64,000 nucleotides of DNA, from the NCBI GenBank assembly GCA_017654855.1, contig CM030335.1:1860001-1924000 (forward strand), given 5' to 3'. Below are positions 12,938 through 25,100 of this stretch, piece after piece. The position numbers and the translations under genes were made by a program. Position 1 is the stretch's first letter. The number at the start of each line of letters is the position of its first letter. This DNA is from Podospora anserina (lineage: Eukaryota). The notes under the pieces are model-generated. The model was not told the DNA's origin. It did not search any database and saw only the letters and a list, made by a program, of their open reading frames with translations.

Positions 12938-14560
12938 CTATCTCCCCGTCGTCTCCCCCCCCCTCCTCCTCCTAACAAAAACAGGCAACCCCCCCTCCAT
13001 AGGCAGCGTCAAGCTATCCCCACTCCTCCTCTCTTGTCCTCCTTCCCAAGCCCCCTCAAACTCCCACCCCCAAGCCACAACAGGAATAACCTGCACCGCA
13101 ATCCCCTCGGCCATTTTTCTTCCCAAACAACTCCTCGCCCCCCCGTAAAAAACCGGAAACTCGGCCGCGCCCTTGTGTTTGAGTGTCCCATTTTCATCCA
13201 GCCACCTCTCCGGTCTAAACTGATCCGCGTCCTCCCCCCAGGTCAGCCTGCTCCTCTGCATAGCCCACAGACACCACACCAGCACGCTGTCCTTTGGGAG
13301 TAACGTCCCGTCTGGGAGTGTGGTAGCTGCCTGGGCTTGGCGAATCTCAAACGGGATGGGGGGGTAAAGGCGGAGGGATTCGTAAAAGACTGCGAGAGAG
13401 TAAGGTGCTGAAAGGGGGGTCAGGACTGCGGGGGAAAAGGGAAGGGAGGAGGAGGTGGTGTCAAGCGGGGGTTGTTCTCTAGCAAGAACACCCCTGACCT
13501 CGTCTCGGATTTTGGCCAAAACTTCTGGGTGAGAGAGCAGCAAGTAAAACGTCCAGGTTAGTGCCTGGCCTGTGGTGTCACGGCCTGCGGAGAGGTACGT
13601 CAAGGCCGCGTCGGCGACGGTGGAGGGGGAGTCGGGGATTGCGGACAAGAGGGAGTGGATTAGTGATCCTGAGATGGAGTCTAGTTTCTCGTCATCGGGC
13701 GAGGTGGAAGGCGGCGGGGAAGAGGAAATGGATTTGGCGTCTCGCATGGCGCGGGACACAATTTCGAGGCCGAATTTTTTGACGGTGGAGATGGATTGGC
13801 GGAACTTGTGGCCAAAAAAGAATTCCGTTAGGGGGTAGAGGGGGTTTTGGAAGCGCTGCGCTGTGCAGCCCGAGGCGTGGTCGAAGGAGGAGGAGAAGGG
13901 GGAGGAGAAGTGCATTTCCATCTGGACGGGAGGTCAGTCACCACGAACATGGAAAGGGGAGGAATGAGGAGGTACATTGTAAGCCATCTTCCCCATAAGC
14001 TTGGTGGTAATCTCATGAAAAACATCCTGCAGATCCACCACCTGGTCTGGCTTGGCCGCCTCGAGCTCCTTGACGCTCTCAGACAGATACTGCGGGAGAG
14101 CCACATCGGTCAAGACCCGCAGGTTGGCCGTGTTGAGAAAGCTCAGGCCGGCTTTGCGCTGGAGTTTCCAAAAGTCACCGTCCGCATTGATGATGCCATT
14201 CCCGAAAAGGTCCCAGGAGCGGGTTTTGACAAAGTTGCCTTTGGTGAAGAGACCTTCGTGCTTGAAGACGTAGTCGAGGTTTTTGGGATCGTGGATGAGC
14301 ACGCCAGGGGGGAGGGTTGGGACTGTGAGGGCGAGGGTCTCGTAGCCGAATTGGCGCTGGCATTTGTCGAACCAGCTGAGGAGGTTCCAGCGAGGCTGGA
14401 GGAATTGTATGCCGTTGCCCACGAGGGGGAGGGTGTCGGGTGGGTTTCGTAGAGGCTCCCCGTTGCGTCGTATGGCCTTCTTTCCTAGGAGTGCGCGGAC
14501 TAGCAGCGCAAAGACTACCCCCGCGAGGAGGTAATGCGCCGAGCCTAGAAAGAGGCCCAT
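12938..14560 (-). CDS. Cytochrome P450, CYP52-clan-like (resembles fatty-acid hydroxylases). Exons 14560-13976, 13921-12938
   Basis: N-terminal TM anchor, I-helix AGRDTT, ExxR (ESLR), PERW, heme motif FYGGARSCLG. The 54-nt intron GTACCT...CTGAC...CAG joins the two ORFs in frame. Confidence 0.93.
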
Positions 14561-15290
14561 TGTGAGGATATGGCTACCTGGGACGCATAGGGGTGCGAGT
14601 GTGTATGTTGAGGGAACCTAAGGAGGAGTTCTTAGGTGATGACGGTGTCTCAGTAAACCAACAGTGCTGACGTTGCTCTCACCAAACCCGCCCTTGGACT
14701 TATAAGACAGAGGTTATGCAAGGTGTTTAGGCGAGCCAATTGCGGCGGCGGTAATGAATCTCGATATCAAACGTGGCTTGCACAACAAATCCGATCTGAA
14801 CTGTCCAATTGATCCCGGGTATCGTCTGAAGTTGAAGGTCGACTTTGGATGGTTGTCCATGTGAAGGGTGTGGGATCTTGACGGGCGGTTGACATCAGGC
14901 TTGGCAAGGTCGCACGAACTGCCATCGCTTGCAGGAAGATTTGCACGGATTGGGGGGCAGACAGGGGGTGGCCCAGGGCTAAAAGCAGGATGCGTTCACT
15001 GTAGAAAGCTCGGAGGTGTTGCTCCTTTTCCACTACTCTCACCCACAACGTCATACAAGGGAGCTAGGGCCATGATTGACTCTTCCACCACAGCTTGAGC
15101 TACCTATTCTTGTCCAACCACGAAAAAAAACGTCGATTGGTCCTCGGAAGGAATTCCCCCATTCCCGTTGTGATACCTACCATTCCCGACCCGGTCCCAA
15201 ACATTCGAATCCCTTCAACGTCCAACTATCTCCAACTAACCTACACCAACCACCAGCCAGCCCACCAACCAGCCCACTAACCAGCCCACC

Positions 15291-16264
15291 ATGGCACCTC
15301 TCCTACCCCGAATGCAGGTCTTTGAGATAGCAGACCAAGAATGGTATCATCATCCCCTTCCTCCCTCGCTCTCTCACACACAACATCGATCTAACAACCA
15401 TCCAGGTTCCCCCAATTCCTCCGCACCCACATGCAAGCCGCCCTAACAGCAGCCTGGACAACCCACATCCCCCTCCTCCAATCCTCCTCCCCCGCCCGCA
15501 TCGTCGCCCGTCTCCTCTCCCACCACCTCGGCCCCTCTATTCACAACTACACCTTCATCGACTTTTGCGCCGGCGCCGGCGGCCCAACCCCCTCGATAGA
15601 GAAACACCTCAACGCCTCCATTTCCACCTCCCCCCCCTCCTACGCCGAAGCAGCCACCGCCCCCCCACCGGTCCAATTCATCCTCACCGACATCCATCCC
15701 CACCCGGCCCTCTGGTCCGCCGCCGCCTCTGCCTCCCCTAACCTGTCTTATGTCTCGTCTTCTGTCGACGCGAGCAACGTCCCCCAGCACTTGATCAATG
15801 ACCAGAAGCAAAAAGGGAAGAAGGTTTTCAGATTGTTCAACCTTGCCTTTCACCACTTTGACGACACCCTCGCGAGGAAAATCCTCCGAAACACGCTCGA
15901 GACCAGCGACGGGTTTGGCATCTTTGAACTGCAGGACCGGTCTCTGTCGGGGTTTTTGGCGTGCTGTTTGTTCGGTCTTGGGGCGATGGTCATGGCGCCT
16001 TACTATGCTTTTTTGTGGGGGGCTCCGTTGGCGCTGGTGTGGACGTATCTGGTGCCGGCGCTGCCAGCGGTGTTGGTTTTTGATGGGTGGATGTCTAGTC
16101 TCAGGACGAGGACGGTGGGGGAGGTGAAGGATTTAATGGGGAGTTGCGGGTTGGGGGAGGGGGAAATAAGGAAGTGGGAGGTTAGGAGTGGGACGGAGAG
16201 GTTTATTCCTGGGGTGGGGTATGTCAATTGGATTATTGTGACGAGGAAGGGGAGTCAGGAGTAG
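15291..16264 (+). CDS. Class I SAM-dependent methyltransferase-like protein. Exons 15291-15343, 15406-16264
   Basis: N-terminus MAPLLPRMQVFEIADQEWFP, motif I FIDFCAGAGGP, ILTD, VDA, AFHHFDD, and a C-terminal hydrophobic segment ending DGWMSSLRTR. Intron GTATCA...CTAAC...CAG. Confidence 0.8.
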
Positions 16265-16490
16265 GGAGAAAGGGTTGTAGGATAGGGATGGTGTGAATAT
16301 TGGGCGGTAGACATCATACATTGGGAGGGTTGATCGTAGATGGCCCGAGTTTACAAAGCCTTGATGGCTGGCCAACCGGGGCGTAATTCAGTTTTTGGGT
16401 ATCAACAACATACATACATACATACATGCATCTTACAGCCCATGCAATCCAAAAGCATGAATATGACAAAAAGCACAGAAAAAAAGGAAA

Positions 16491-17089
16491 TCACTTCTTG
16501 GACATCATCAACCTCAAAAACTCATCCTCGTCCACACCCCCCTTGCCACTCGCGTCAAACTCCTCCACCATGGCGATGATGTCCGCGTCCGGTATGTTGT
16601 TCCCGACTTGTTTGCTCACTCGTCTCAGGTCGTCTTGTGTGATCATGCCCTTTCCGTCCACGTCAAACAGTCTGAACGCTCTTCTCAGCTCTTCCCGGGG
16701 ATCTCGCTGCCGTATTAGCGTGCCGGCGATGGCCTGGACGACGGGGAGGCTGAAGAGGCGGTAGATGGGGGGGCAGTCCTGGTCGTGGGTCCAGGAGGGG
16801 GGTTTCTGGCCGTGGCGGATGAGGAGGTCGAAGGTCTGGGCTTTGGGGAGCTCGAAGCCGAGGGCGCGGAGGACGAAGCGGAACTCTTCGTAGGAGAGGT
16901 AGGAGTCTTTGTTGGAGTCGAAGAGGTCGAACTGTGGGGGGTTAGTATAGGAGGGGATGGATGGGGGGAAGGGGAAAGTACGGCTTCGCTGACGCGTGTT
17001 TTTTGCTCGTCGGAGAGCTTGTTGTAGTCTTCTCTTGAGGGGGTGGCGTATTGGATTGCGCCGCGGCCGGGGTTGGAGGAGGAGGCCAT
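16491..17089 (-). CDS. Divergent centrin/caltractin-like (Cdc31-like) EF-hand protein. Exons 17089-16982, 16931-16491
   Basis: Spliced translation LSDEQKTRVSEAFDLFDSNKDSYLSYEEFRFVLRALGFELPK...RDPREELRRAFRLFDVDGKGMITQDDLRRV...AMVEEFDASGKGGVDEDEFLRLMMSKK. Intron GTACTT...CTAAC...CAG. Not present as a single ORF in the supplied track. Confidence 0.9.
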
Positions 17090-17648
17090 TGCTGCCGTTT
17101 TTGGGGGGGTTGGATGGGAAAAGCGGAGGACAGGTTGGGTTGTGCGCCGGGGTGTTTGAACAAAACTAAACAATTGTTACAAAAGAAGGTTGTTTGGGTT
17201 CGCTAAAGACAAGAGAGAGCTCTCTGGTGTAGCTAGCGAGGCGAAAGGGAGGGAAGAATGCTGTCGTGTCTCTCTCTCTCTCTCGGTGTGGCTGAAAGCG
17301 GGTTATCCCGTTGTTCGCTTTTCGGTACTATAAGCTTTCAAGCTTTCCTTTTGGTCTAGAATTCCACAACGGTTCGTTGGGTTCGTCAAAAATGTGATGG
17401 AGAATTGGAGATGGAGAACAAAGAAACGGAACGGTTGTTGCTTGGGCACACACGCACGCGCGCGCGTTGCCCACTTTACGCGTTCGCACAACCCCCGGTC
17501 AGTGATTTATGCCAAGCCGCCATGCTGTGGGAGCCCCGCTGAAATTTACTTTAAGGATCCATCGAGAAGCTTCGCAGCTTGAAGCAAAAACAACATGAAT
17601 TGCGCCAGAACATAAAAACTACCGACAATAGAATCAGTAAAAAAAAAA

Positions 17649-19196
17649 ATGGTTAAACGAAAGCGCGGCGATGACGACTCCTCCCTCAATGTCTCTGCTG
17701 TGTTTTTCAAGCATCGCGACGAGGTCTTCCGCGCCATCAAGAACGCCAAAGGCCGCGAGCGCCAGCGACAGAGCAAACGGTTGAAGGATGCGAAGTCGAC
17801 CCCGGATAAGAAGGCGAGGATAGAGAAGGAGATTGTTGTTCTTAACGTGGGTTTTGATAGATATTCTTGTGAGAGGCGATACATGATACTGATGCAAGTA
17901 CAGTCCCTGGACCTTCACCAAACCGCCCATGCCCACCTTTGCTCGTCCCTCCTCCGAGTCAAGAGTATCGCCGAACATGAGAAGCTACCAAACGAGATCA
18001 AAAGCGGTGTACCGAAACCTGAGCTCACCGAGGAGGAAAGAGCGGCGTTGCACAATGTCACCAGTGCGCTGTACAGTCATGCGGGCGTGAAAGAGGCGGT
18101 GGCTAAGGCGCTGGAAGATGTCTGCAAGGCGCTGGGTGTTTCCGTTCCGGAGAAGAAGGGCAGGGGGAAGAAGGAGAGGCTTGAAGAGAAGGAGGGAGTA
18201 AAAGAAACGTCAGAGCCGAAGAAGGCGAAGAGCGACAAGAAGGAAAAGAAAGAGAAGGATACCAAACAGGACAAGGTCAAGGACCTCCCAGTAGCAGATG
18301 ACAGCGAGGAAGAGGACGAGGACATCAACTACGGAGAAGATGTAGACGAAACTGTCGTCTCCCGCATGGCCGACCTCCTCGGCTCAAGCTCAGAAGACGA
18401 AGACGACGAAGGAGAGAAGATGAAGCTCGCAAAACGCCAAACCAAAACAAAGAAAGCACTACCAAAAGAGCTGGATCCAATGGAAATCACGTCCGACGAA
18501 GAAGGTGGCGACGAGGCAGATTCCGACGACGATTCCGATGACGACCTCGACCCGATGCAAATAACCGACGATGAGGCCGACGAAGAAAACGACAATGAAG
18601 AAAGCGAGGACGAATTTGGCGGCTTCAGTGATTCCAACCAAAGCTCAGCCAGTGACAGCGACAGCGAAGAAGAAAAGGAAGAGGAAGACCAACAAAGCGA
18701 CGCCTCGTCATCGGCACAGTCTCCGCCGCCAAAGAAGAGCAAAAGAGCCGCCAAGGTCGAAGTGAACGGCTCAACCTTTCTGCCGTCCCTAATGGGAGGC
18801 TACATTTCGGGCTCGGAATCAGCCTCGGACGTCGACCTCGCTCCCACCCGCAAGAACCGCCGTGGTCAGCGGGCGAGACAGGCCATCTGGGAAAAGAAGT
18901 TTAAGGAACAGGCCAAGCACCTTAAGAAGCAGCAGGAAAAGCGGGATTCGGGCTGGGATCTGAAGAGGGGTGCTGTGGATGGAGACAACAAGCCGTGGAA
19001 GAAGGGTATCAAGAACCCCTTCAAGGCTACGGGTGCGAACGATGTGGCTGTCAAGAAGGAGGAGGAGCCGCCGAAGAAGGATAGGAAGAGAGATGATCTT
19101 GGCACGTTGCATCCCAGTTGGGAGGCGAGAAGGTTGGCCAAGGAGAAGGAGAAGCTTACTGCTCCGTTTGAGGGGAAGAAGATCACTTTTGACTAA
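17649..19196 (+). CDS. BUD22: BUD22/SRFBP1 family ribosome biogenesis protein; probable in-frame intron 17847-17903
   Basis: Acidic and lysine-rich middle, with C-terminal motifs RKNRRGQRARQAIWEKKFK, LHPSWEA and FEGKKITFD. Confidence 0.9.
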   Translation: MVKRKRGDDDSSLNVSAVFFKHRDEVFRAIKNAKGRERQRQSKRLKDAKSTPDKKARIEKEIVVLNVGFDRYSCERRYMILMQVQSLDLHQTAHAHLCSSLLRVKSIAEHEKLPNEIKSGVPKPELTEEERAALHNVTSALYSHAGVKEAVAKALEDVCKALGVSVPEKKGRGKKERLEEKEGVKETSEPKKAKSDKKEKKEKDTKQDKVKDLPVADDSEEEDEDINYGEDVDETVVSRMADLLGSSSEDEDDEGEKMKLAKRQTKTKKALPKELDPMEITSDEEGGDEADSDDDSDDDLDPMQITDDEADEENDNEESEDEFGGFSDSNQSSASDSDSEEEKEEEDQQSDASSSAQSPPPKKSKRAAKVEVNGSTFLPSLMGGYISGSESASDVDLAPTRKNRRGQRARQAIWEKKFKEQAKHLKKQQEKRDSGWDLKRGAVDGDNKPWKKGIKNPFKATGANDVAVKKEEEPPKKDRKRDDLGTLHPSWEARRLAKEKEKLTAPFEGKKITFD

Positions 19197-20194
19197 GTTT
19201 TGTTGGATTGTTCTGATGAGAGGTAGCCTGCAGGTGCTGTCGCTCACGATCAGAAAGGGACGGAAGTAATCATGAATCAAGTCGGTCTTGATGTTAGCTA
19301 TGGGTGTACCACTGAACTAAGAAGCAAGTATAAATCTTGCTGCCCCAAACACCCCCCATCAAGTGTCAGGTTTGCCCTCGCGTGCATGTGGGCTTCGTTA
19401 GGCAGTCAACAGACCTTGGGCAATATTTGAGAGCTGTTGAGTGTGATATCAATAGGCTTTCGCTCGATAAAGGGCGCAGACGCTTCATTATTTGAGTCTC
19501 TTTTATCAATAACGTGCGTGATAAGCGAGCCGAACAGACAAGCGAGCCGAACAGACAAGCGAGCCGAACACTTTCCAACGCAGCGCAGCCCTCCGACTTC
19601 TTTCACTAACTTTACCACCAATTCGCTATGAATTCACTTCCAACCGAATCTCGAATTATTTTAGCCCTCGAAGCTATCAAAAACGACCCAAATCTTAGTC
19701 TTCGACGCGCAGTTAAGCTTTATAATATACTAATTATAACTCTCCATAACCGACGCGCTAGCCGACTTGCACGACGCAATATACTAATTAACTTACGTAA
19801 ACTTACCGATTTAGAAGAAAAAACGATTATTTAATATATTATTAAGCTATATATATACGTATTCTATCCTCGGCTTTCGTATATAGAAAATATAATTAAT
19901 TGATTATTATATAAACGCGACGTGCCTCCTATTAACGTATAATAGGCTTATAACTTCGTTAAACGTTAACCAGAATTTCGGACGTATTTTATATATAAAT
20001 ATAATTATTAAAGGGCTAAATATAAGGATCTAAAGGTTATTAGTAAGTAGTTTACTTTCGTACGGAATACTAAAGCTAAATATAGTATCGTAAATAATAA
20101 TATTTATAACTTCGACGAAGTTAGGTTTATAATAAGTATTATTTTCGCGGGTATAGTAATTATAATTTTTAATAGTTATAATAAAGCGAAACTA

Positions 20195-20697
20195 TGTGAC
20201 GAACCCCTATACAGAACCTCTGAAAGGGATACGGGTTGAAGGTAACTTCTGACAATTGGTTCGGTGCAGCTAAATAGTGCACAACAAGATGTCTCGATGT
20301 AAATATAAGATGCCGTGAATACAAGCTTGAATTGCATACTGCGGAACTATCTATCTATACTAGCCAGTTCCTCCGTATATATAGTCCTTGTGCCAAGCCG
20401 TGATCAGTCTCCCAAGGCCACTGATCACCTCGGCTCAGTCTGCTCAGTGCCCTGATCACACTGATCACCTCTGCTCAGTCTGCTCAGTGCCCTGATCACA
20501 CTAATCACCTCTGCTCAGTCTGCTCAGTGCCCTGATTACACTGATCACCTCTGCTCAGTCTGCTCAGTGCCCTGATCACACTGATCACCTCTGCTCAGTC
20601 TGCTCAGTGCCCTAATCACACTGATTACTCTGCCTTTACTGTGATTGGCTCCCCTATTCCCGTGGCCCCACAACCGTCCTGTACCAGGGTTGTGACA
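20195..20697 (-). mobile_element. Solo LTR (503 bp) of a Ty3/Gypsy element, crapaud-like, inserted in the transposase gene
   Basis: TG...CA ends and 5-bp TSD AACTA (20190-94, 20698-702). Positions 20195-20384 are the reverse complement of the last 190 bp of the LTRs at 21858-22351 and 28838-29331. Confidence 0.93.
20421..20620. repeat. Five tandem 40-bp repeats in the U3 region of the solo LTR
   Basis: Unit CTGATCACCTCTGCTCAGTCTGCTCAGTGCCCTGATCACA at 20421, 20461, 20501, 20541 and 20581, with 0-2 differences each. Confidence 0.97.
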
Positions 20698-21992
20698 AAC
20701 TAGCTTAGCTTAATAACCGCAAATAAATAACGGTAATCTAGGGAATTAATACTTTTAGCTAAATTATTCCTCCTTTTATTATTTTAATTATATAATATTA
20801 TTTTATTAATTAATATACTAAATATAATTTACTATTTACTTAACGTATTATAATTATTAATAATAATTAGATTATTAATACGGTAAGCTTAAATTAAATT
20901 AAGTACTTCGATTATTATATAGTATTCCGTATAAAAAGTAAATACTTATTATTAATCCTCGACGGCTATAAAAATTATTATTTAACCGAATTCGAGCGTT
21001 ACTATTAATAGAATAATATTATTACGCTTTATATATTTTTATACTCCTCTTACTTCCTTTAATTACTTAATATTAATTACTTTAAGCCACTAAAATAAAT
21101 ATACGGTCGTTAGATCGAGGATTTAATATATATATATATTAACTATATAAATAAGCTCGAATTTCTCTATACTTTCCGCGAAACTTTTTTCGCCTCTATA
21201 ATAAAGAAAAATATATAGGGTAGCTTTACGGGTATTAGCCTTATACCGTACGATTTAAAGAGGGTATTTTCTAAGTTAAATATAAAGCTTTATACGCTAA
21301 TACCTTTAAACTTACGGCCCGGTACTATATAACCTTAAGTCTTTTAAATACTATATAACTTTCGAGAAACTAACTTATAGTTAACGCTTATTAAAATTCG
21401 TATTACTAACTATTAAAATAGTTCCCCGACTTTAATATTAATTACTATAGACTAGCTTACTAAAAGTATAATAACTATAATACATTAGGTGGCTCTCCTT
21501 CGTGCAGAGAACACTATACTCCGTAAGGCTAATAAGGTACTAAGTAAGTGCCGGAGAGCTAAAAAAATACGTGTGCGGCTTAGAGGGTCACTTACTATAT
21601 AGGAGGCACAGGATCTACTGGATCAGAAGGCTGTAGGTAAGCAGGTAATCCAGGAAGATCAATAAAGTAGTGGTGGTGCAAGGGGGTCTCGTCCGAAGAT
21701 TTAGTGCTGTAGCGTGTGCGGTAAGCCAGGCCATAATGCACGCACCTGCAAGGAGGCTGCAGAATCATTTGATTCATCTGTTTCTAGTTCAATTATTGTG
21801 GTTTCCTAGTATTGTAGTTGTGTAATTGAAGATAGTTGTAGTGGGGTGGTGGAAAGTTGTCACAGTTAACCCAACGGCAGGTCGCGCCACATGTGGGGCG
21901 CAGGTCGCCCCTAGCCAATCATTTAGGAAGTTAGGGAACAAGCCGATCAGGGCTAGGCAAAAGTGCTATAGCGCTAAAGCTCACGAGCAGTC

Positions 21993-22147
21993 TGCAGGAT
22001 GTAAGATACTAGGGATAATCAGAGGCATAGCACGACGAGCACAATACAAATGTAATATACTAGGAGTAATTAGAGGTATAGCACGACAAACACAATGCAG
22101 GATACAATGTGCTAGGAGTGATCGGGCCCATAGCAAGGCAAGCACCT
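21993..22147. repeat. Three degenerate ~51-52-bp tandem units in U3 of the full-length element's LTR (also in its 3' LTR)
   Basis: Units start at 21993, 22045 and 22096, each with a CTAGG...ATAGCA(C/A)G core. Confidence 0.8.
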
Positions 22148-25100
22148 TACGGCCCCAAGGTCTATATATACGGAGGAACTAGTTAATATAAATAAATAGT
22201 TCCGCAGTATATAATTTAAGTTTATATTTATAGTAACTAGTATTTATATTAAAATATCTTATTATACATTATTTAGTTATACCGAATTAATTATTAAAAG
22301 TTACCTTTAATTAATATCCCTTTTAAAAGTTCTATATAAAGATTCGTTATATATTATATACTTACTTTAACTCTATTACGGATAAGTTAAAAATATTTTT
22401 TTATTACTATAATTTAACCCGAAAATATTTAAATAAAAAGCGTTCCGCTTAGTTTAATTATCGAAGGACCTTCTACGGTAAACGCTAAGTCTAGGGTTAT
22501 TACGGCTTAATAATTTATCGATCGCATTAAAAAACTTAAGGCCGAAGCTTAATAAATTAAGGAATAAATTTTTATTTTTTCGGCGGCTAGATTTACGTAT
22601 GTAATTAAGTTTCCGGTACCGGAACGCTATAGAGGCGGAAAGGTAGAACTTAAAAGTTTTTTAATTTAATTTAAAACCTATTTTCGTTATTACTTAGAAT
22701 AGTTCGATATAGAAAAGTCGAAAATAATATATATAATTATCCGGTTTAAAAATAAAGTTTTTATTTAATTCGAACTTATTTTTAACGATTATTATAAAGT
22801 AATAGTAAAGGATTAAGAAAAAATTATTATTTAGTATTTTCGGAATTACTAAACTTTCGAAATAAAGTTTAAAAAAATATTTAAAAAATATAATAAAAGT
22901 AAACGTACGTAAAAGAAATTCGCGAATTTATAATAAATATATTTAATAACGAAATATATTATTTAATTTAAAATTAATAATTTACGTAATAAAATTAACG
23001 ATAAAAGATTAATATAAACCTTTTATAATAGTTTTAAAGAAAAAATAAAAGACGAGTTATATAGGGAAGAAAGGCTTAATATTATTAATAAATATATCGC
23101 TATAATTATATAGATTAATAATAAATAATTTTAATATTATACGGAAAAAAAAAACTATAATAATCAGGGTTATTACAAAAATTATTATTCTAATAATAAA
23201 CGTAAACGGTAATACCCGATTACTAATTACTTTAGTACTATATATTTAGGACCTATAAATATTAATACTATATAATAATAAAGGTTATAAAGTTAAAACT
23301 AAAGTAAAAATAATTATAAATATTTTAATTATAATAAAGTAAAATACTTTAAAAAAAATTACCGGGTATTTAAGTAACTTAAATAAAAAAAAAAATCGCT
23401 ATAATAATTATTATATTAAAGAGATCGAGGGTTATAGAGGTTATAATTATCGGGTATTAATAAAGTAAAGTAATAAGCTTCGAAAAAAACTTTAATTAAT
23501 ATATTAAATAAAAGAAAGTAGAGTTTTAAGGGCTACGGGAAATAATAAAAAAGTTAAAGGTAGAATATAAAAAAAAAAACTTTTAAATATTAATATTTTA
23601 GGATCGATTAATATAAATTATTATAAAAATTATTACGGAGGTCGTTAAAAATAATAATATTATATAATAAAAAAGATTTATTAAGTAAATAATATTAAAA
23701 AAGTAGTATAATAAATATAAAATTATTATTTTATAAAAAATATTATTATTTATAAAATTTATATATAAAAGCCGGGAAAAATATTAGAAAAGTAAAAAAG
23801 TTATTAATATCGGGATCGTAAAGTTATTAAAAAATATATTTATATTTATATAGTATATACCTTATAAAAAAAATATAATATAATTTTATTTTAAATATCC
23901 GGAATATTAAAAAATATTTTAATTTTAATATATTATATATAAATATATAAAATACTATTAAAGTAAGTCGCTATACGATTATTAATTATTTATATTAAAG
24001 TATATGAAATACTATATTGAATATATAAACGGCTAGGATATAAATAATAATATATATTTTTAGGAAAAAATAATATTAGGTTAATATTTAAATTTAAATT
24101 ACGTATTATATTTATAAAAAAAAATAAATAATATTATTAAATAAAAGTATTTAAATAAATAATTAAATAAAATAATTATTATCGGATATATATACGGGAA
24201 AATATTAGGTATATAAAAAACGGAAAATAGAAGGAAGTTAAGCGAATATAATTAAAAAATTTTATATTATTAAATAATCCGGAATAAAAAAATATTTTTA
24301 AATAATATAACCGTTTAAAAAACGATTTACGGCCCTTCGCGGAAATTAGTAATCTTTAATAGATTACGAATAGTATTTTCGAAAATATTAGTATAAAGTA
24401 AAGGTATAGGATAACGACCCGGTATTCGTTAACGAAGTTATTATTATATAAGAAAGAAATAAAAAAAAACTATTTTTAAATTATAATATATTAAAAAAAT
24501 ATTTAAATAATAATATTAATAAATAGAAATATAGAAATAAATTTAATTTTACTATAATTCGTATACTAAATTAAAATACTATAAAAAAAAAAAAGGAATA
24601 AATTATTATATAAAGATTATTTCCGATATAAAAAATTTATAAAAAAATATTACTTTTAAATATTATAATCGAAAGAAAAATAATTTTAATTATATTTAAT
24701 ATTATAAATATAGGACCCTCGAAAAATATAATCCTAGGGTAATTATAATATAAAAATTATAATTTAAATATCGATTAAAAGGATAGTAATTATTTATAAT
24801 TAAAAGAACTTTAAAAATATTTAATTAACGATAAGAGATTAGGCGTATATATAAAGTAAAATATAAAATAAGTATCCTTTACGGTATTACTATAAAGAAC
24901 TTAAAAAGTAATAATATATTTTATTAATATAGATAGTAAAATCGAAGAAGTAAAGTTAATAACGTTAATAGAAATATCGGAGGTTAATAAATATATTTAT
25001 TATAATAATATAAAGAAAGGTAAAAAAAAAATAATACCGGTAGAATATCGAGGATACTTAATTTTTATAGTTAAATATTTAAAGGGACTTTTAAAACGAA

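Noticed and set aside
20421-20620. CRISPR-like regular repeats
   Set aside because: Head-to-tail 40-mers with no unique spacers, inside an LTR of a eukaryotic genome, with no cas genes.
24313-24325. Possible -1 frameshift site (TTTAAAAAAC) between gag and pol
   Set aside because: Position is plausible, but A-runs are created throughout by RIP; cannot be supported without an intact copy.
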